Source: an uncultured Acidobacteriota bacterium (GTDB lineage: Bacteria; Acidobacteriota; Polarisedimenticolia; J045). From it: 64,000 nucleotides of DNA. Location: the NCBI GenBank assembly GCA_963702425.1, contig CAVPCQ010000018.1:1-64000 (forward strand), written 5' to 3'. This document shows positions 9,627 through 20,205 of this stretch, piece by piece; position 1 is the first letter of the stretch, and each line of letters starts with the position of its first letter. The position numbers and the translations under genes were made by a program. The notes beneath the pieces are model-generated. The model was given only the letters and a program-made list of their open reading frames with translations. It was not told the DNA's origin and did not search any database.

Positions 9627-10412
9627 TCAGTCGATCCAGGTCACCCCGCGCACGATCCGCGCGTCCAGTTCGGTATTCAGCTCGGGACGGGCCCAGTCTC
9701 GCAGGCGCAGCGCGTGATGATCGGGATGACGCACGACGCCGCGCACGAACTGGCGACCTCCGACGATCACGCTCTCCGCTGCGCGGTGTGGCTTGCCGGG
9801 GCGGCGCACGGCAACGCCGCGGCTGGATGGGATGACCGCCCCGGCCCGGGGCACGGCGCGGCCGGTCGAGAGCGCCTCGTCGATCGCATCGCGCTCGGCG
9901 GGAGTGATCGGGAGAAAGAAGTGTTCGCCCTGCCGCGGAACGCGCCGACCCTCCCGGCGGGCGGCGTGCACCTCGGCCGGAGCGAGGACGGCGTGCGCCT
10001 CGGCGACCGAACGGGGCGTACCGGCCACGCGTGACATGAAAAGGTGCGCTTCGTCCATCCCGACGAGCAGCGTGCGGCTGTCGGGGAGGATCGGACGGCG
10101 GATCCAGTGATTGCGAAGGCGGAAATCCCGAGCCCATGCGTAGCGGACTCCCTCTTCGACGCGGAGCACGACCTGACGCCGCCCGCGGTCGACCGCGACC
10201 ACTTCGATCCTGGCGTCGCCGGGCCAGAGGAGGACGGTCTCGCCCGGCACCGGTGCCCCCGCGACCGGGCGGATGTCGATCGTCATCGTGTCGCGGCTGA
10301 CGACGACCCAGCCGCGCCCGTGCACGAACGGACGCGGCGCGAGACGCAGCGGAACGCGCCCGTCTTCGAAGCGGCGCCGGAGATGGTCGAGGGCGGCAGC
10401 GGTCATCGGCAT
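9627..10412 (-). CDS. Hypothetical protein with GMDE-H, RQGEHFF, GKPH, VRHPDH and NTE motifs
   Basis: Protein-like composition; GAGAGGGA before ATG 10412; His/acidic motifs. Confidence 0.7.
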   Translation of the reverse strand: MPMTAAALDHLRRRFEDGRVPLRLAPRPFVHGRGWVVVSRDTMTIDIRPVAGAPVPGETVLLWPGDARIEVVAVDRGRRQVVLRVEEGVRYAWARDFRLRNHWIRRPILPDSRTLLVGMDEAHLFMSRVAGTPRSVAEAHAVLAPAEVHAARREGRRVPRQGEHFFLPITPAERDAIDEALSTGRAVPRAGAVIPSSRGVAVRRPGKPHRAAESVIVGGRQFVRGVVRHPDHHALRLRDWARPELNTELDARIVRGVTWID

Positions 10413-10434
10413 CGTCAGGGTCCCTCTCGAGCAC

Positions 10435-11004
10435 TCATAGGCCGACGACATCGCGGGCCGCCGCGTCGCGGATCAGCGGCGCGTAGCGTTCGGCCGCGTC
10501 GAGCAGTTCGCGGCGGTGTTCCTCGAGACGGCGGGTGCGGGTGAAAGCGCGGTGTGCCTGAGAGAGAAGCTCGGCGCGAAGCTTCCAGGCGATCCCGGCG
10601 CCGACGGTCGCGACGACCCCGCGCGCGACACCGCTGCACGCGGAGCGCGCGATGGTGCCGGGAGTCTCCGGACGGAGAAGCCAACCGGCCATGAAGTCCT
10701 GCAGGACGTCGGCGATCCAGTCGGTCGGCATGGCGTGATAGCGCGCGAGCAGTGCTGCGACGGCCTTGTGCATGCCGGGGAGGTTCACGGGATGCGGAAG
10801 CTCGCGCGCGACCGCGGTCGCGGCGGTCCATTCGGCGCTGGGTTCCTGCAGACGATCGACGATCCAGTCGATCAGTTCGTCGGCACAGTCCGGCGGACCG
10901 GCCGGACCACGGGCGGACATGGGGCGTCTCCGGTCTGGAGCGCGCGTGCGCGGCCACACGGCAGGTCGATCCCGCGGCGTGCCGGGCCATTCCGTGGCGC
11001 TCAC
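10435..11004 (-). CDS. Hypothetical helical protein
   Basis: 189-aa ORF directly upstream of and co-oriented with 9627-10412; start uncertain. Confidence 0.5.
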   Translation of the reverse strand: MSATEWPGTPRDRPAVWPRTRAPDRRRPMSARGPAGPPDCADELIDWIVDRLQEPSAEWTAATAVARELPHPVNLPGMHKAVAALLARYHAMPTDWIADVLQDFMAGWLLRPETPGTIARSACSGVARGVVATVGAGIAWKLRAELLSQAHRAFTRTRRLEEHRRELLDAAERYAPLIRDAAARDVVGL

Positions 11005-11232
11005 CTCGTTCGCATGACCGGAGTCCTTTCTCAGGGAGGGAGGTCTCCCTTCATCTCACTATAGGCCTCCTCACCTGGCCCCGTCTGCGCCTCGCCCGGC
11101 GCATCCTCCGACTCGCGACGGGCCGGGGCTCCTCGCCCGGGTCACAGGAGTAGACTCCGCTTGCTCGAACGCCGGATGGCGCGGAAGCAATGCGGCGGCG
11201 CCTGCTCGAGGGGATGTTCCGACGGAGCGGGC

Positions 11233-11665
11233 GGCAGATAAGCGATTCAAGCCGCGGATTGTGCGGCGGAGAGCATAGCCGCGGGCCTGCAGGAAGGGGG
11301 AGCGCCCGGCCGCGGAGGCGGACCGCGGCCGGGCGCGGCGCGGTGCGGGGATCGGCCCCGCATGGGACCCGCGGAGGTCGTTCGCGGACGCGGAGTTCCG
11401 CCCTGTGGGTGGGTCAGACCCGCGTGGGCCGGGGCGTTCGTCGATGAGTTCAGTCCGCCGCGGTGTGGCCGGGAAAGGGGAGCGGGTCCGGCTCGGCACG
11501 GGCCGGCGCGCGGGGCGGGTCACGGGAGGCCAGCCCGAGGCAGTCGAGGATCGCGCGGGTCGTGTCGGGTGGGTGGATCTGGGCCAGGCTTGTTCATGCG
11601 GGACGAGCAGCGCGGGCAACGGAGGGCGTCCAGAGCGAAGACCTGGCGTGGGAACTCGTCGGCAT
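11233..11665 (-). mobile_element. IS91/ISCR-family 3' end relic, type A copy 2 (longer)
   Basis: Minus strand RQVFALDALRCPRCSSRM-[frameshift]-LAQIHPPDTTRAILDCLGL matches the IS91-family transposase C-terminus; same terminus as copy 1. Confidence 0.8.
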
Positions 11666-11758
11666 GCAACTTGATGAGCAGCTACGCGGGCGGAGATGTG
11701 GCGAGGCACAGGTGACGAAGGCGCGACGCGCCGGCCTCATCTGAGCCACGGACGTTCC

Positions 11759-12424
11759 TCAGACCAGCCTGTCGCGAAGCGCCCGCGCGACGGCGTCCGT
11801 CTTCGAGTGCACCTGGAGCTTGCGGTAGATGTTGCCCAGGTGGAACTTGATAGTGTTCGGCGAGCAGCCCAGCGCCGTGCCCGCCGAGCGGTAGGTGTGC
11901 CCGTCGACGATCAGCCGCAACAGCCGGTGCTCGTGCGGCGTCAGGCCGCAATCCGACGCGGGGGGCGGGCTGAAGCGCTGGAACATTGTCACGACCCGCC
12001 GCGCGATCTCGGGCGAGATCGGCGAGCCACCGAGCATCGCGTCCGTGATCCCTTCGAGCAGCCGGTCGGGCGCCGTCTTCTTCAGCAGGTAGCCCTGCGC
12101 GCCAGCGCACAGCGCCTCGAAGACGCGCTCGTCGTCGCTGTGGACGCTCAACACCAAGGTCACCAGCGCCGGATAGCGCTCGCGGAGCAGCCGGATGCCT
12201 TCGATGCCGCTCATGCCCGGCAGCCCGATGTCGCAAAGCGCCACGTCGGCGAGTCGCGCCGGCAGCGCGGCGAGCGCGTCCTCCATCGAGCCCCACGCCC
12301 CGGCGCAGCGGAATCCCGGCGCGCCGTCGATCAGGAGGGCGAGGTCGTCCCGGATGGCGTCCACGTCTTCGACGAGGACGACCCGGATCGGCGACGGAAG
12401 CGGCTTGGCTGCGGTGTTCATCAC
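11759..12424 (-). CDS. NarL/LuxR-family response regulator
   Basis: VVLVED, CDIGLPGMSG, GAQGYLLK, TIKFHLGNIYRKLQV. Confidence 0.95.
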   Translation of the reverse strand: MMNTAAKPLPSPIRVVLVEDVDAIRDDLALLIDGAPGFRCAGAWGSMEDALAALPARLADVALCDIGLPGMSGIEGIRLLRERYPALVTLVLSVHSDDERVFEALCAGAQGYLLKKTAPDRLLEGITDAMLGGSPISPEIARRVVTMFQRFSPPPASDCGLTPHEHRLLRLIVDGHTYRSAGTALGCSPNTIKFHLGNIYRKLQVHSKTDAVARALRDRLV

Positions 12425-15400
12425 GGTCTGGATCCCACGCCGAAGCTACCCTCTCGGCGCCGGGCGCGACCTGCCCATACGGGTAGCCATCGGCGGCCCG
12501 CCCGGTGCAGCGGCACCGTCAGGACCGCCTCCGTGCCGCCGCCGGGGCGCGGGCCGATCACAAAGCTGCCGCCCATCGCCGCCGCGCGCCGTGAGACATT
12601 GACCAGGCCGTTGCCGACGCGCGACGGGCCGGGCGCGAAGCCGCACCCGTCGTCGCGAACGGCGACCTCGAGAACCCCGGCGTCCACAGCCAGCGTGATC
12701 GACACGGTGCTCGCCCGCGAGTGGCGCGCCGCGTTGTGTACGAGTTCCTTGAACGCGAGGTAGACGTCGCGCCGCACGTCGGTGTCGAGCGACTGGCCGA
12801 GCGAGTCCGACGGCGCGTCGAACTGCAGCGCGATCTCCCGCGGCTCAAGCATCTCGAGTGCGCTGTGACGCATGCGGCTGACGAGGTCTTCGAGGTGATC
12901 GCGCGCGGGGTTGATCGCCCACACCACGTCGCCCAACCCGTCGACGAGGTCGGCCGAGAGCCGCGCGATGCCCTCGAGCCGCCGGCGCGCGTTCTCCGGC
13001 GCCGTGTCGAACTGCCGGCGCAGCACGCCCGCCTGGATCGCGATCTGCGTCAGGCTCGAACCAATGTCGTCGTGGAGGTCGGTCGCGATGCGCGTCCGGA
13101 TCCGCTCGGACTCGACGAGCCGCCGCACCCGCTGCCGGTGCGCCCAGGCCGCCGACGCGCCGAGCGTGAGCCCCGCGAGTGCGAGGAACCATGCGCGGCG
13201 CCACACCGGGGCCAGCACGCGGAACGCGACGGAAGCCGGCGCACCGGAGTTCCCCTCCGCATCGACCGCGCGCACTCGGAAGTGGTAGCGCCCCGGCGCG
13301 AGCCGCGCGTACGTCACGGAGCGCGCTTCGGCGGCGGCGGTCCAGCTCTCGTCGGCACCCTCGAGCAGGGTCTGGAACCGCAGCCGGCCGCCCGGCCGCC
13401 GGCTCACGCCGGTGAAGTCGATCTGGAGGTTGTGGTCGTCGGGGGCGAGTTCGAGCGCCGGGAGCGTGACCGCGCCGCGCGAGGGGATCTCCAGCGGCTC
13501 GCCCGCGATCCGCAGCGCCACGATCGACGCCTCGGGCGGCGCGCCGGCGCTCTCGAGCGACGGATCGAGCCGCGACAGTCCGTCTGCGGTGCCGAACCAC
13601 AGCTTGCCGTCGCGCGTGCGGAACGCGAGGCGCAGCTCGGTGTTGGCGAGTCCGTCCTCGCGCGAGAGGCGGCGCACACGACCGCTCTTCGGATCGAGGC
13701 GATCGACGCCGCGCGCGTTGCCGATGTAGATCCGCCCCGCGCCGTCGCGCACGAGACAGCGCACGTCGTTGCTCGAAAGGCCGTTCGTCGTCGAGAAGAG
13801 CACCGGATGAAGATTCCCGGGCCGCGTGTCGTCGATGCGGTAGACGCCGCGCCCGCGGGCCGCGATCCACAGCCCGCCCGCTCCGTCGAGCAGCAGGTCG
13901 GACACGGCGTCGGCCGTGAAGCCGTCCGCGGCCGTGAGCGCGCGGCAGCGCGCGCCCGCGCACCGCAGCAGCTCGCCGGAGCCGGTACCCGCCCAGACGC
14001 CGTCGGCTCCGTCGTCGGCAAAGACGCGCACGGTGTCGCGCGGGCCGCCGGCGGCCGGCGGGATGCAGTGCATGCGGTCGGCCGCGCGCTCCCACCGGCA
14101 GACCCGCGCCTCTTCGCCCTTGACGTAGTCCATCGCGAGCCACACGTCGCCACGCGCGTCCTCGTGGACGACGGACGTGAAATCGGACGGCAGCCCGTCG
14201 CGGCGATCGAAGATGCGCTCGGGGAGGCGGCGTCCGATCGACGTAAGATCGTTTGATCCCGGCCACCGCAGCAGCCCGTTGACGGTCGCGAACCAGAGCG
14301 CCCCCCCGCGATCGAACAGGAACCGCGTGCCGATGCCCCAGCCCGTCGTCTCGCGCGAGAGCACGATGCGCTCGAAGCGCCGCCCCGCGTGCCGGAACAG
14401 ATACGTACCCCTGGCGAGCACGAGCAGCTCGCCGCGCGGCGACTCGCCGAGCGCCTCGATTTCCTGATGCAGGAGCCCGTCGTCTGCGCCGTACGACGTG
14501 AAGCCCTGCGCGGCGACCCGCGCGAGACCGCGGCTGCCGGCCGCGAACCAGAGGTTTCCCGCGCGGTCCTCCGTGACGGCGAGCCCTTCGGGCCGCGAGG
14601 GATCGACCGCCTCGAACAAGAACGCGCCCGAGGGGAGGTGTTCGATCCTCACCGGCCCGCGGGCCGTGGCAGCCCACAGGCCGCCGCCGCGACGACGCTC
14701 GAGGTGGAACACGCGATTGGCGGGAATCACGACATCGGGCGAGAAGTCGTGTTCGACCGGACTGACGCCGGCACGGGGATCCACGGCGAGCCGCCAGCAG
14801 TTCTGCGAGCCGCCGACCCACAGCCGGCCCTCGTCGTCCTCCGCCATCGTCATCAGCCACGTAGTCGGCCAGTTCGGAAGCTCGCGCGCCGTGGCCCAGT
14901 AGTCAGCGTGCCCGTCGGGCGCGAGGCGGTAGAGCCCGAGGAAGCCGCCCGCCCACACGTTGCGACGCGTGTCGACGAACACGAACTCCAGGCCTGCGGC
15001 CGAGGACCCGGCGGCCGTGCGCGGAAGGGCGATCGGTTCCCAGGCGGGAGCGCCCTCGAGCCGGAGGCGGTACAGGCCCTCCCCTGTCGCGCAGAGCAAT
15101 GTTCCCGGTGCGCTCGCCAGCGCGTGGATGTCCAAGGGGGCGCCTGTCCCCGTGAGGGGAACGAAGGCGGGCTCGCCGGGACGCGTGGTCTCGGCCAGTC
15201 TCGCGAGGCCGCGGTTCGTCGCGACGAACAGTTCGCCCGCGGCGGTCTCGACGAGGTCGGCAATGTCCGTACCCGGCAGCCCATCGCCCGTGCCGTAGCT
15301 GACGAACGTGCCGCCGTCGAAGCGCGCGAGGCCGTCCCGGGTTCCGATCCAGAGGAAGCCGTGCCGGTCCTCGAGGAGCGCCGTGACGCGGTTCGAGGGG

Positions 15401-15516
15401 AGGCCGTCGACGATGTCGTAGACGTGCGTCGGCGGACTCTCGGCGAGCGCGGGGACACAGGCCGCGAGGGCCATCACGAACCACGGCGCGACTGACAAAG
15501 CAGCAGTGTTAGACAC
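12421..15516 (-). CDS. Beta-propeller (Reg_prop/Y_Y_Y) sensor histidine kinase, HisKA_3
   Basis: Repeated DGLPSN..V..L.ED..G.LWIGT; YARLAPGRYHFRVRA; IATDLHDDIGSSL; DDGCGF; GNGL. Confidence 0.92.
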   Translation of the reverse strand: MSNTAALSVAPWFVMALAACVPALAESPPTHVYDIVDGLPSNRVTALLEDRHGFLWIGTRDGLARFDGGTFVSYGTGDGLPGTDIADLVETAAGELFVATNRGLARLAETTRPGEPAFVPLTGTGAPLDIHALASAPGTLLCATGEGLYRLRLEGAPAWEPIALPRTAAGSSAAGLEFVFVDTRRNVWAGGFLGLYRLAPDGHADYWATARELPNWPTTWLMTMAEDDEGRLWVGGSQNCWRLAVDPRAGVSPVEHDFSPDVVIPANRVFHLERRRGGGLWAATARGPVRIEHLPSGAFLFEAVDPSRPEGLAVTEDRAGNLWFAAGSRGLARVAAQGFTSYGADDGLLHQEIEALGESPRGELLVLARGTYLFRHAGRRFERIVLSRETTGWGIGTRFLFDRGGALWFATVNGLLRWPGSNDLTSIGRRLPERIFDRRDGLPSDFTSVVHEDARGDVWLAMDYVKGEEARVCRWERAADRMHCIPPAAGGPRDTVRVFADDGADGVWAGTGSGELLRCAGARCRALTAADGFTADAVSDLLLDGAGGLWIAARGRGVYRIDDTRPGNLHPVLFSTTNGLSSNDVRCLVRDGAGRIYIGNARGVDRLDPKSGRVRRLSREDGLANTELRLAFRTRDGKLWFGTADGLSRLDPSLESAGAPPEASIVALRIAGEPLEIPSRGAVTLPALELAPDDHNLQIDFTGVSRRPGGRLRFQTLLEGADESWTAAAEARSVTYARLAPGRYHFRVRAVDAEGNSGAPASVAFRVLAPVWRRAWFLALAGLTLGASAAWAHRQRVRRLVESERIRTRIATDLHDDIGSSLTQIAIQAGVLRRQFDTAPENARRRLEGIARLSADLVDGLGDVVWAINPARDHLEDLVSRMRHSALEMLEPREIALQFDAPSDSLGQSLDTDVRRDVYLAFKELVHNAARHSRASTVSITLAVDAGVLEVAVRDDGCGFAPGPSRVGNGLVNVSRRAAAMGGSFVIGPRPGGGTEAVLTVPLHRAGRRWLPVWAGRARRREGSFGVGSRP

Positions 15517-15636
15517 GCGGGCCTCGGGGCGGAGATGGCGACGAGAAGGCTACCCGATCGGGTAGGCCGCTGCCCGCGCGCGCGGCCGATGATCTCGCCG
15601 GGCCGGACAGAGGCAGAAACCGGCCGGAGGGAAACC

Positions 15637-18246
15637 ATGCGCGTGAGTCGTTTAGCTGCCATCGTGCTCGCCGCGTCACTGTGCGCGCCGGCACTCGCCA
15701 GTCAACCGAAGACACCGCTCACCATCGAAGGCCAGGCCGTCCCCGCGAAGGACGGGCCGGGCGTGCGCGTCACCGCGCGGCTCGCCAGCCTCGAGCCGCT
15801 GGCAGCGGTCGGTGTCGCGATCACCGTCGACACCGGCGACACGCTCGATCTGGGCGCGGGATCGCCGCTCGCGACCGAGGGCACGTCGAGCAACGACCTT
15901 GCCCGCAGCCGGACGACGCATCGCTTCACGATCGACATGTCGCGCACGGACACGTTCGCGTTCCGAGTGGTGCCGCGCGGCGCGGGCAATCACCGGATCG
16001 AGGTCGTTGCCCTCGTGCTGCGCGACGACGGCGACACCTGGGGTGACATGTTCGCGTGGTTCTACCACGTCACGGGGGACACGATCGCGGCCGGCTTCGA
16101 CCTTCCCGCGGTCGCGGAGAGCGTGGGCGCGCGGCTCGACGGCCCACCGCCGCCGGTGCCGTTGGCGGCCTTCGCCGGGCGGGCGACCGAGCCCGGACCG
16201 CTCCGGCCGCTCGCGCCGCTCGAACCGCTCGAACCGCTGGCGGCGCCGGGGGCGGGGCCGGGCGACGCCACCGCCGGCACGCTCGTCGTGAGCGGGTACT
16301 GGTACATGTCCGACCAGAACGACGCGTTCATCCCGCAGATCGAGCGCCTCGTCGAGCTGGTCAACACCTCCGGCACCGTGGTCTCGCAGACCTACACCGA
16401 CCTGGGCGGCTACTACCAGTTCCCGGCCGTCTCGAACCCGCAGAGCTTCTACGTCCGCCTGCGGACGCAGGTCGACTACAACCGCGCGGGCGGATCGGAC
16501 TTCCTGCAGATGCGCAACCAGTCGGGGAACGGCTACTTCGTCACGACGGGCACCCAGTTCAACGTTCCCGACGGCAGCTACTCCATGGGCACCTGGTCCC
16601 TCAACAACGGCGACGTGAACGAGGGAGCGTACTGGGCGTTCAACGCGATGCAGGCGACGTGGCGCGCGTTCTTCTACATCCGCGGCGACGGCAACAGCTA
16701 CGCCGGCCCGATGCAGGCGGTCTGGTACCCCGGCTCGACCGAAATCGTGGCGTACTACCCCGGCGAGTTCATCCACCTCAACGACGCCGCGCCGAGGTCC
16801 AAGGACACGGTTGCGCACGAGGCGGGCCACAACACGATGTACAACGCGTACGGGAACTACATGCCCCCCAACGACTGCGTCAGCCCGCACTACCTCCACA
16901 AGTTCGGCGGCACGAACTGCGGCTGGACCGAGGGCTGGGCCGACTTCACGTCGATGTTCGTATGGGGCGATCCGGTCTACACGTTCGCGGATGGCACCGC
17001 CACCGACATGGAGTCGCCGCGGCGGGACAGCTACGGCTGGGACGATGGGGCGACCGTCGAGGGACGTGTCGCGGGCGCGCTGTGGGACATCATCGACGCC
17101 GCCAACGAGGCCACCAACGACTTCCACACCGACCCGGTGACGCCGATCTGGGACACGTTCTGGAACGTCAACCACGACACCTTCTGCCCCTACTGGGACT
17201 CGACACGCGGCTACGGCATCAAGCGCAGCCGGGACAACTCGCTCTACCAGAACTCGATCGACTCCTGCAACACGTGCATCGAAGATCCGTACGAGCCGGA
17301 CAACAGCTGCGCGCAGGCGACGCGGGAGAGCGTCCCGTCGACCTACACCTACAACCACTGCGGGAGCCTGGACTGGCAGTACGTGGACGTGCAGCTGGAC
17401 TGGACCTACACGTGGGAGACGACCGACCTCGGCTACAACGGGGACACGGAGCTCTGGATCTACGACAGCAGCTGCGGCACGGAGCTCGCGAACAACGACG
17501 ACAAGCAGTACGGCAACTGGCCGTACTCCTCGCGCATCGACTGGCAGAGCGACCGCAACGGGCGCGTCTACGTCGCGGCGAACGAGTACCAGGACAACTA
17601 TCGACCGCACACGTCGTACGACATCTCGCTCTCGCGCTCCTGCGGGATCCCGGCCGCGGCCGACGCGCCTTTCCCGGCGGACGGCTCGGCGACCTGCAGC
17701 GACACGTTCGACGCGAGCTGGACCGGACACGCGCGGACGTACGACGTCGTGCTCGACGGGGCCTACGTGTGCGGGGGGCTCTCCGCCACCAGTTGCGCGT
17801 TCTCGGGACTCGCGGATGGCGTGCACACCTGGTGGGTGAGCACCCACAACGCCTGCGGCAGCATCTCGTTCAGCCCGACCTACTCGTTCGAGGTGCGGGC
17901 CGGCACCGCGCCCGCGGACACGCCCGCGCTCGACGTGGGCAGCGCGCTCCTCTCCTGGACGTCGTCGGCGTCCGCGACGACGGGGTACGACGTCGCACGG
18001 GGCCTGCTCTCCACCTTGCTCGCGACGAACGGCGATTTCCAGGCCGCAACCGACGCGTGTCTGGCCAACGACTACGGCGCCGCCGCCCTCGACAACCTGG
18101 ACGTCCCCGAACCGGGCGAGGGTTTCTTCTACGTGGTCCGCGCCGTCGGCTGCAACCAGCTCAACGGCAGCTACGACGACCTGGTCCCCGAGCAGACCGG
18201 CTCGCGCGACGCGGGGATCGACGCGGCGGGGTATTGCCTGCCGTAG
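15637..18246 (+). CDS. Secreted HEXXH metallopeptidase-like multidomain protein with shared C-terminal domain
   Basis: GGAGG before ATG 15637; signal peptide; VAHEAGH...WTEGWAD zincin motif; DPYEPDNS and DTELWIYD...NDD PPC-like module; ends GSRDAGIDAAGYCLP. Confidence 0.8.
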   Translation: MRVSRLAAIVLAASLCAPALASQPKTPLTIEGQAVPAKDGPGVRVTARLASLEPLAAVGVAITVDTGDTLDLGAGSPLATEGTSSNDLARSRTTHRFTIDMSRTDTFAFRVVPRGAGNHRIEVVALVLRDDGDTWGDMFAWFYHVTGDTIAAGFDLPAVAESVGARLDGPPPPVPLAAFAGRATEPGPLRPLAPLEPLEPLAAPGAGPGDATAGTLVVSGYWYMSDQNDAFIPQIERLVELVNTSGTVVSQTYTDLGGYYQFPAVSNPQSFYVRLRTQVDYNRAGGSDFLQMRNQSGNGYFVTTGTQFNVPDGSYSMGTWSLNNGDVNEGAYWAFNAMQATWRAFFYIRGDGNSYAGPMQAVWYPGSTEIVAYYPGEFIHLNDAAPRSKDTVAHEAGHNTMYNAYGNYMPPNDCVSPHYLHKFGGTNCGWTEGWADFTSMFVWGDPVYTFADGTATDMESPRRDSYGWDDGATVEGRVAGALWDIIDAANEATNDFHTDPVTPIWDTFWNVNHDTFCPYWDSTRGYGIKRSRDNSLYQNSIDSCNTCIEDPYEPDNSCAQATRESVPSTYTYNHCGSLDWQYVDVQLDWTYTWETTDLGYNGDTELWIYDSSCGTELANNDDKQYGNWPYSSRIDWQSDRNGRVYVAANEYQDNYRPHTSYDISLSRSCGIPAAADAPFPADGSATCSDTFDASWTGHARTYDVVLDGAYVCGGLSATSCAFSGLADGVHTWWVSTHNACGSISFSPTYSFEVRAGTAPADTPALDVGSALLSWTSSASATTGYDVARGLLSTLLATNGDFQAATDACLANDYGAAALDNLDVPEPGEGFFYVVRAVGCNQLNGSYDDLVPEQTGSRDAGIDAAGYCLP

Positions 18247-18278
18247 CCCGAACTGCAGGGTACAAAAGGCAGGGGGAT

Positions 18279-18311
18279 ACGGGCGGCGGCGCGGACGGTG
18301 CCGCCGCCCGT
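18279..18311 (+). terminator. GC-rich hairpin after the peptidase gene
   Basis: ACGGGCGGCGGCGC-GGACG-GTGCCGCCGCCCGT 14-bp stem; no U-tract. Confidence 0.4.
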
Positions 18312-18384
18312 GCACTGGCTTACCTGCTCAACTCTAGTGAAGAGATGATCGAGACCGCGAACAGAGAGCGAGAAGGAGCAATGA

Positions 18385-20124
18385 ATGAAGAGGACCCTGG
18401 GTGAGCCCCGATCAACAACCAGCTTCTGCCTGCGGATCGCTGTGATGTTCGCGACGGTACATGCAGCACCAACTGTTCGCGCTCTCGAGCCGGTGAGCGT
18501 CAACCCACAGGGCCAACCGGGCAACGGCGCCTCGGGTCCGCAAGGTGAGACTATTCACTCGCGGATCACCACCGATGGCCGGTTCGTTGTGTTCGAGAGC
18601 CAGGCAACGGATCTGGTCCCGCCTCCGAGCAGTGGGCTGCTTCAAGTCTTCGTACGCGATCGCGCGGCTGGCACCACCACTCTCGTGAGTCGCTCGAGTT
18701 CTGGCGCACGTGGTAACGCCGACTCGGTGAGCCCCGTGATAACACCCGACGGACGCTACGTTGCGTTCGCTGGCGCGGCATCGAATCTGGTTCCCACCGA
18801 CACGAACGGTGGCCGGGATGTGTTTGTTCACGATCGGCAGACGGGAAGCACCGAATGCGTGAGCGTGACACCGGCGGGCATTCCACCGGCGCTTGCGAGT
18901 TCCAACACACCGGCCATCAGCGCAGACGGACGCTTCGTGGCGTTCTCCAGCAACGGGTCGACGCTCGTGCCGGGCACACAGTTTCAAGCCTTCCAGATCT
19001 ACGTGCGCGATCGTCAGCTTGGAGTGACCGAGCGCGTCAGCATCGGCGCTGCCGGCGAGGAGCCCGTCTTTGACTCACGTCTCCCGGTGATCAGCGCGGA
19101 CGGGCGGTTCGTTGCCTTCGAGTCGCGCGCGAATCTGACGAATGTCCCCGGTTGCCTCTACGGCATCTACATCAGGGATCGTGCCTTACTGACCACGACC
19201 CTGGTGAGCGTCACGCTGCAGGGCAAGTGCTCGTACGGGTTCACTCGAAACCCAGCGATATCGCCGGATGGGCGTTACGTCGCATGGGACGGCTACGGAA
19301 ACGACTTCGTGCCCGACGACACGAACGGTATTGCGACGTATGACGTGTTTGTACACGACCGGAGTACTCACACAACGACGCTGGCAAGTCGGAACTCCGC
19401 GGACGGGATTGGAAATGCCGGCTCGGTCCAACCGTCGATCAGTGCCGACGGCCGGTTCGTTGCGTTTCAAAGCACGGCGTCCAACCTCGTTGCCGGTGAT
19501 ACGAACGGGGAAGGCGATGTCTTCCTCAGGGACTTGCAATCCGGTGTCACGACGCTCATCAGCCAGGGGCTTTCCGGAGCATCGGCGAACGCCGAATCGA
19601 ACTTCGCTGCCGTCAGTCGGGACGGTTGCTTGGTGCTGTTCAAGAGTGCCGCAAACAACCTGATCGCCAATGACCCAAACGGTCGACCCGACATGTTCCT
19701 CGGCGCCGATCAGGACATCGACGGCGACGGGATGGGCGATCGTTGTGATTGCGCTCCCAACGATCCCGCGACATTCCGCGGAGCCCCGGAGGTCAACGAC
19801 GGGCTCGACAACCAGTGCCCCGGTGATCTCGGATATGGAATCATCGACGAAACGTCAGGCGATTCGGGCTTCCACAATCGCTTCGACAAGACCGAGTACT
19901 CCTGGGTGCCACAGGTCGGTGCGACGCTGTATGAGATCGCTCGATCGACACGTAGCGACTTCGCCAGCGGGTGCTTCATCGTTCAGCGAGCCGCGCCCCC
20001 GTGGAACGACCCTGCGGTCCCGACTCTCGGAACCGCCTTGTTCTACCTGAATCGACCGCTCAATCCGCAGGCGGGAAGCTGGGGTCTTCGCTCGAATGGG
20101 GCTGCGCGCGCGGTCTGTCCCTGA
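18385..20124 (+). CDS. Secreted TolB-like (PD40) beta-propeller protein with MopE-like repeat and shared C-terminal domain
   Basis: Repeated P.IS.DGRFVAF.S.A.NLV..DTNG..DVFV.D; DIDGDGMGDRCDCAP...GAPEVNDGLDNQC; ends RSNGAARAVCP; visibly less GC3-biased. Confidence 0.85.
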   Translation: MKRTLGEPRSTTSFCLRIAVMFATVHAAPTVRALEPVSVNPQGQPGNGASGPQGETIHSRITTDGRFVVFESQATDLVPPPSSGLLQVFVRDRAAGTTTLVSRSSSGARGNADSVSPVITPDGRYVAFAGAASNLVPTDTNGGRDVFVHDRQTGSTECVSVTPAGIPPALASSNTPAISADGRFVAFSSNGSTLVPGTQFQAFQIYVRDRQLGVTERVSIGAAGEEPVFDSRLPVISADGRFVAFESRANLTNVPGCLYGIYIRDRALLTTTLVSVTLQGKCSYGFTRNPAISPDGRYVAWDGYGNDFVPDDTNGIATYDVFVHDRSTHTTTLASRNSADGIGNAGSVQPSISADGRFVAFQSTASNLVAGDTNGEGDVFLRDLQSGVTTLISQGLSGASANAESNFAAVSRDGCLVLFKSAANNLIANDPNGRPDMFLGADQDIDGDGMGDRCDCAPNDPATFRGAPEVNDGLDNQCPGDLGYGIIDETSGDSGFHNRFDKTEYSWVPQVGATLYEIARSTRSDFASGCFIVQRAAPPWNDPAVPTLGTALFYLNRPLNPQAGSWGLRSNGAARAVCP

Positions 20125-20205
20125 TTGCGACTCGAGTCATTCGATGAGGGCCGTATCTAACGTGGCGTTGGTGCCACGCAACAACGCGACACGTGCGACG
20201 TGAGG

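Noticed and set aside
11666-11744. Possible LuxR tail remnant (VTKARRAGLI*)
   Set aside because: Too short to distinguish from chance.
20154-20200. ATCTAAC (RYYYAAC) after the TolB-like gene as a possible integron attC half-site
   Set aside because: No matching GTTRRRY or extended palindrome; no integrase. It could be a truncated site, but this cannot be supported.
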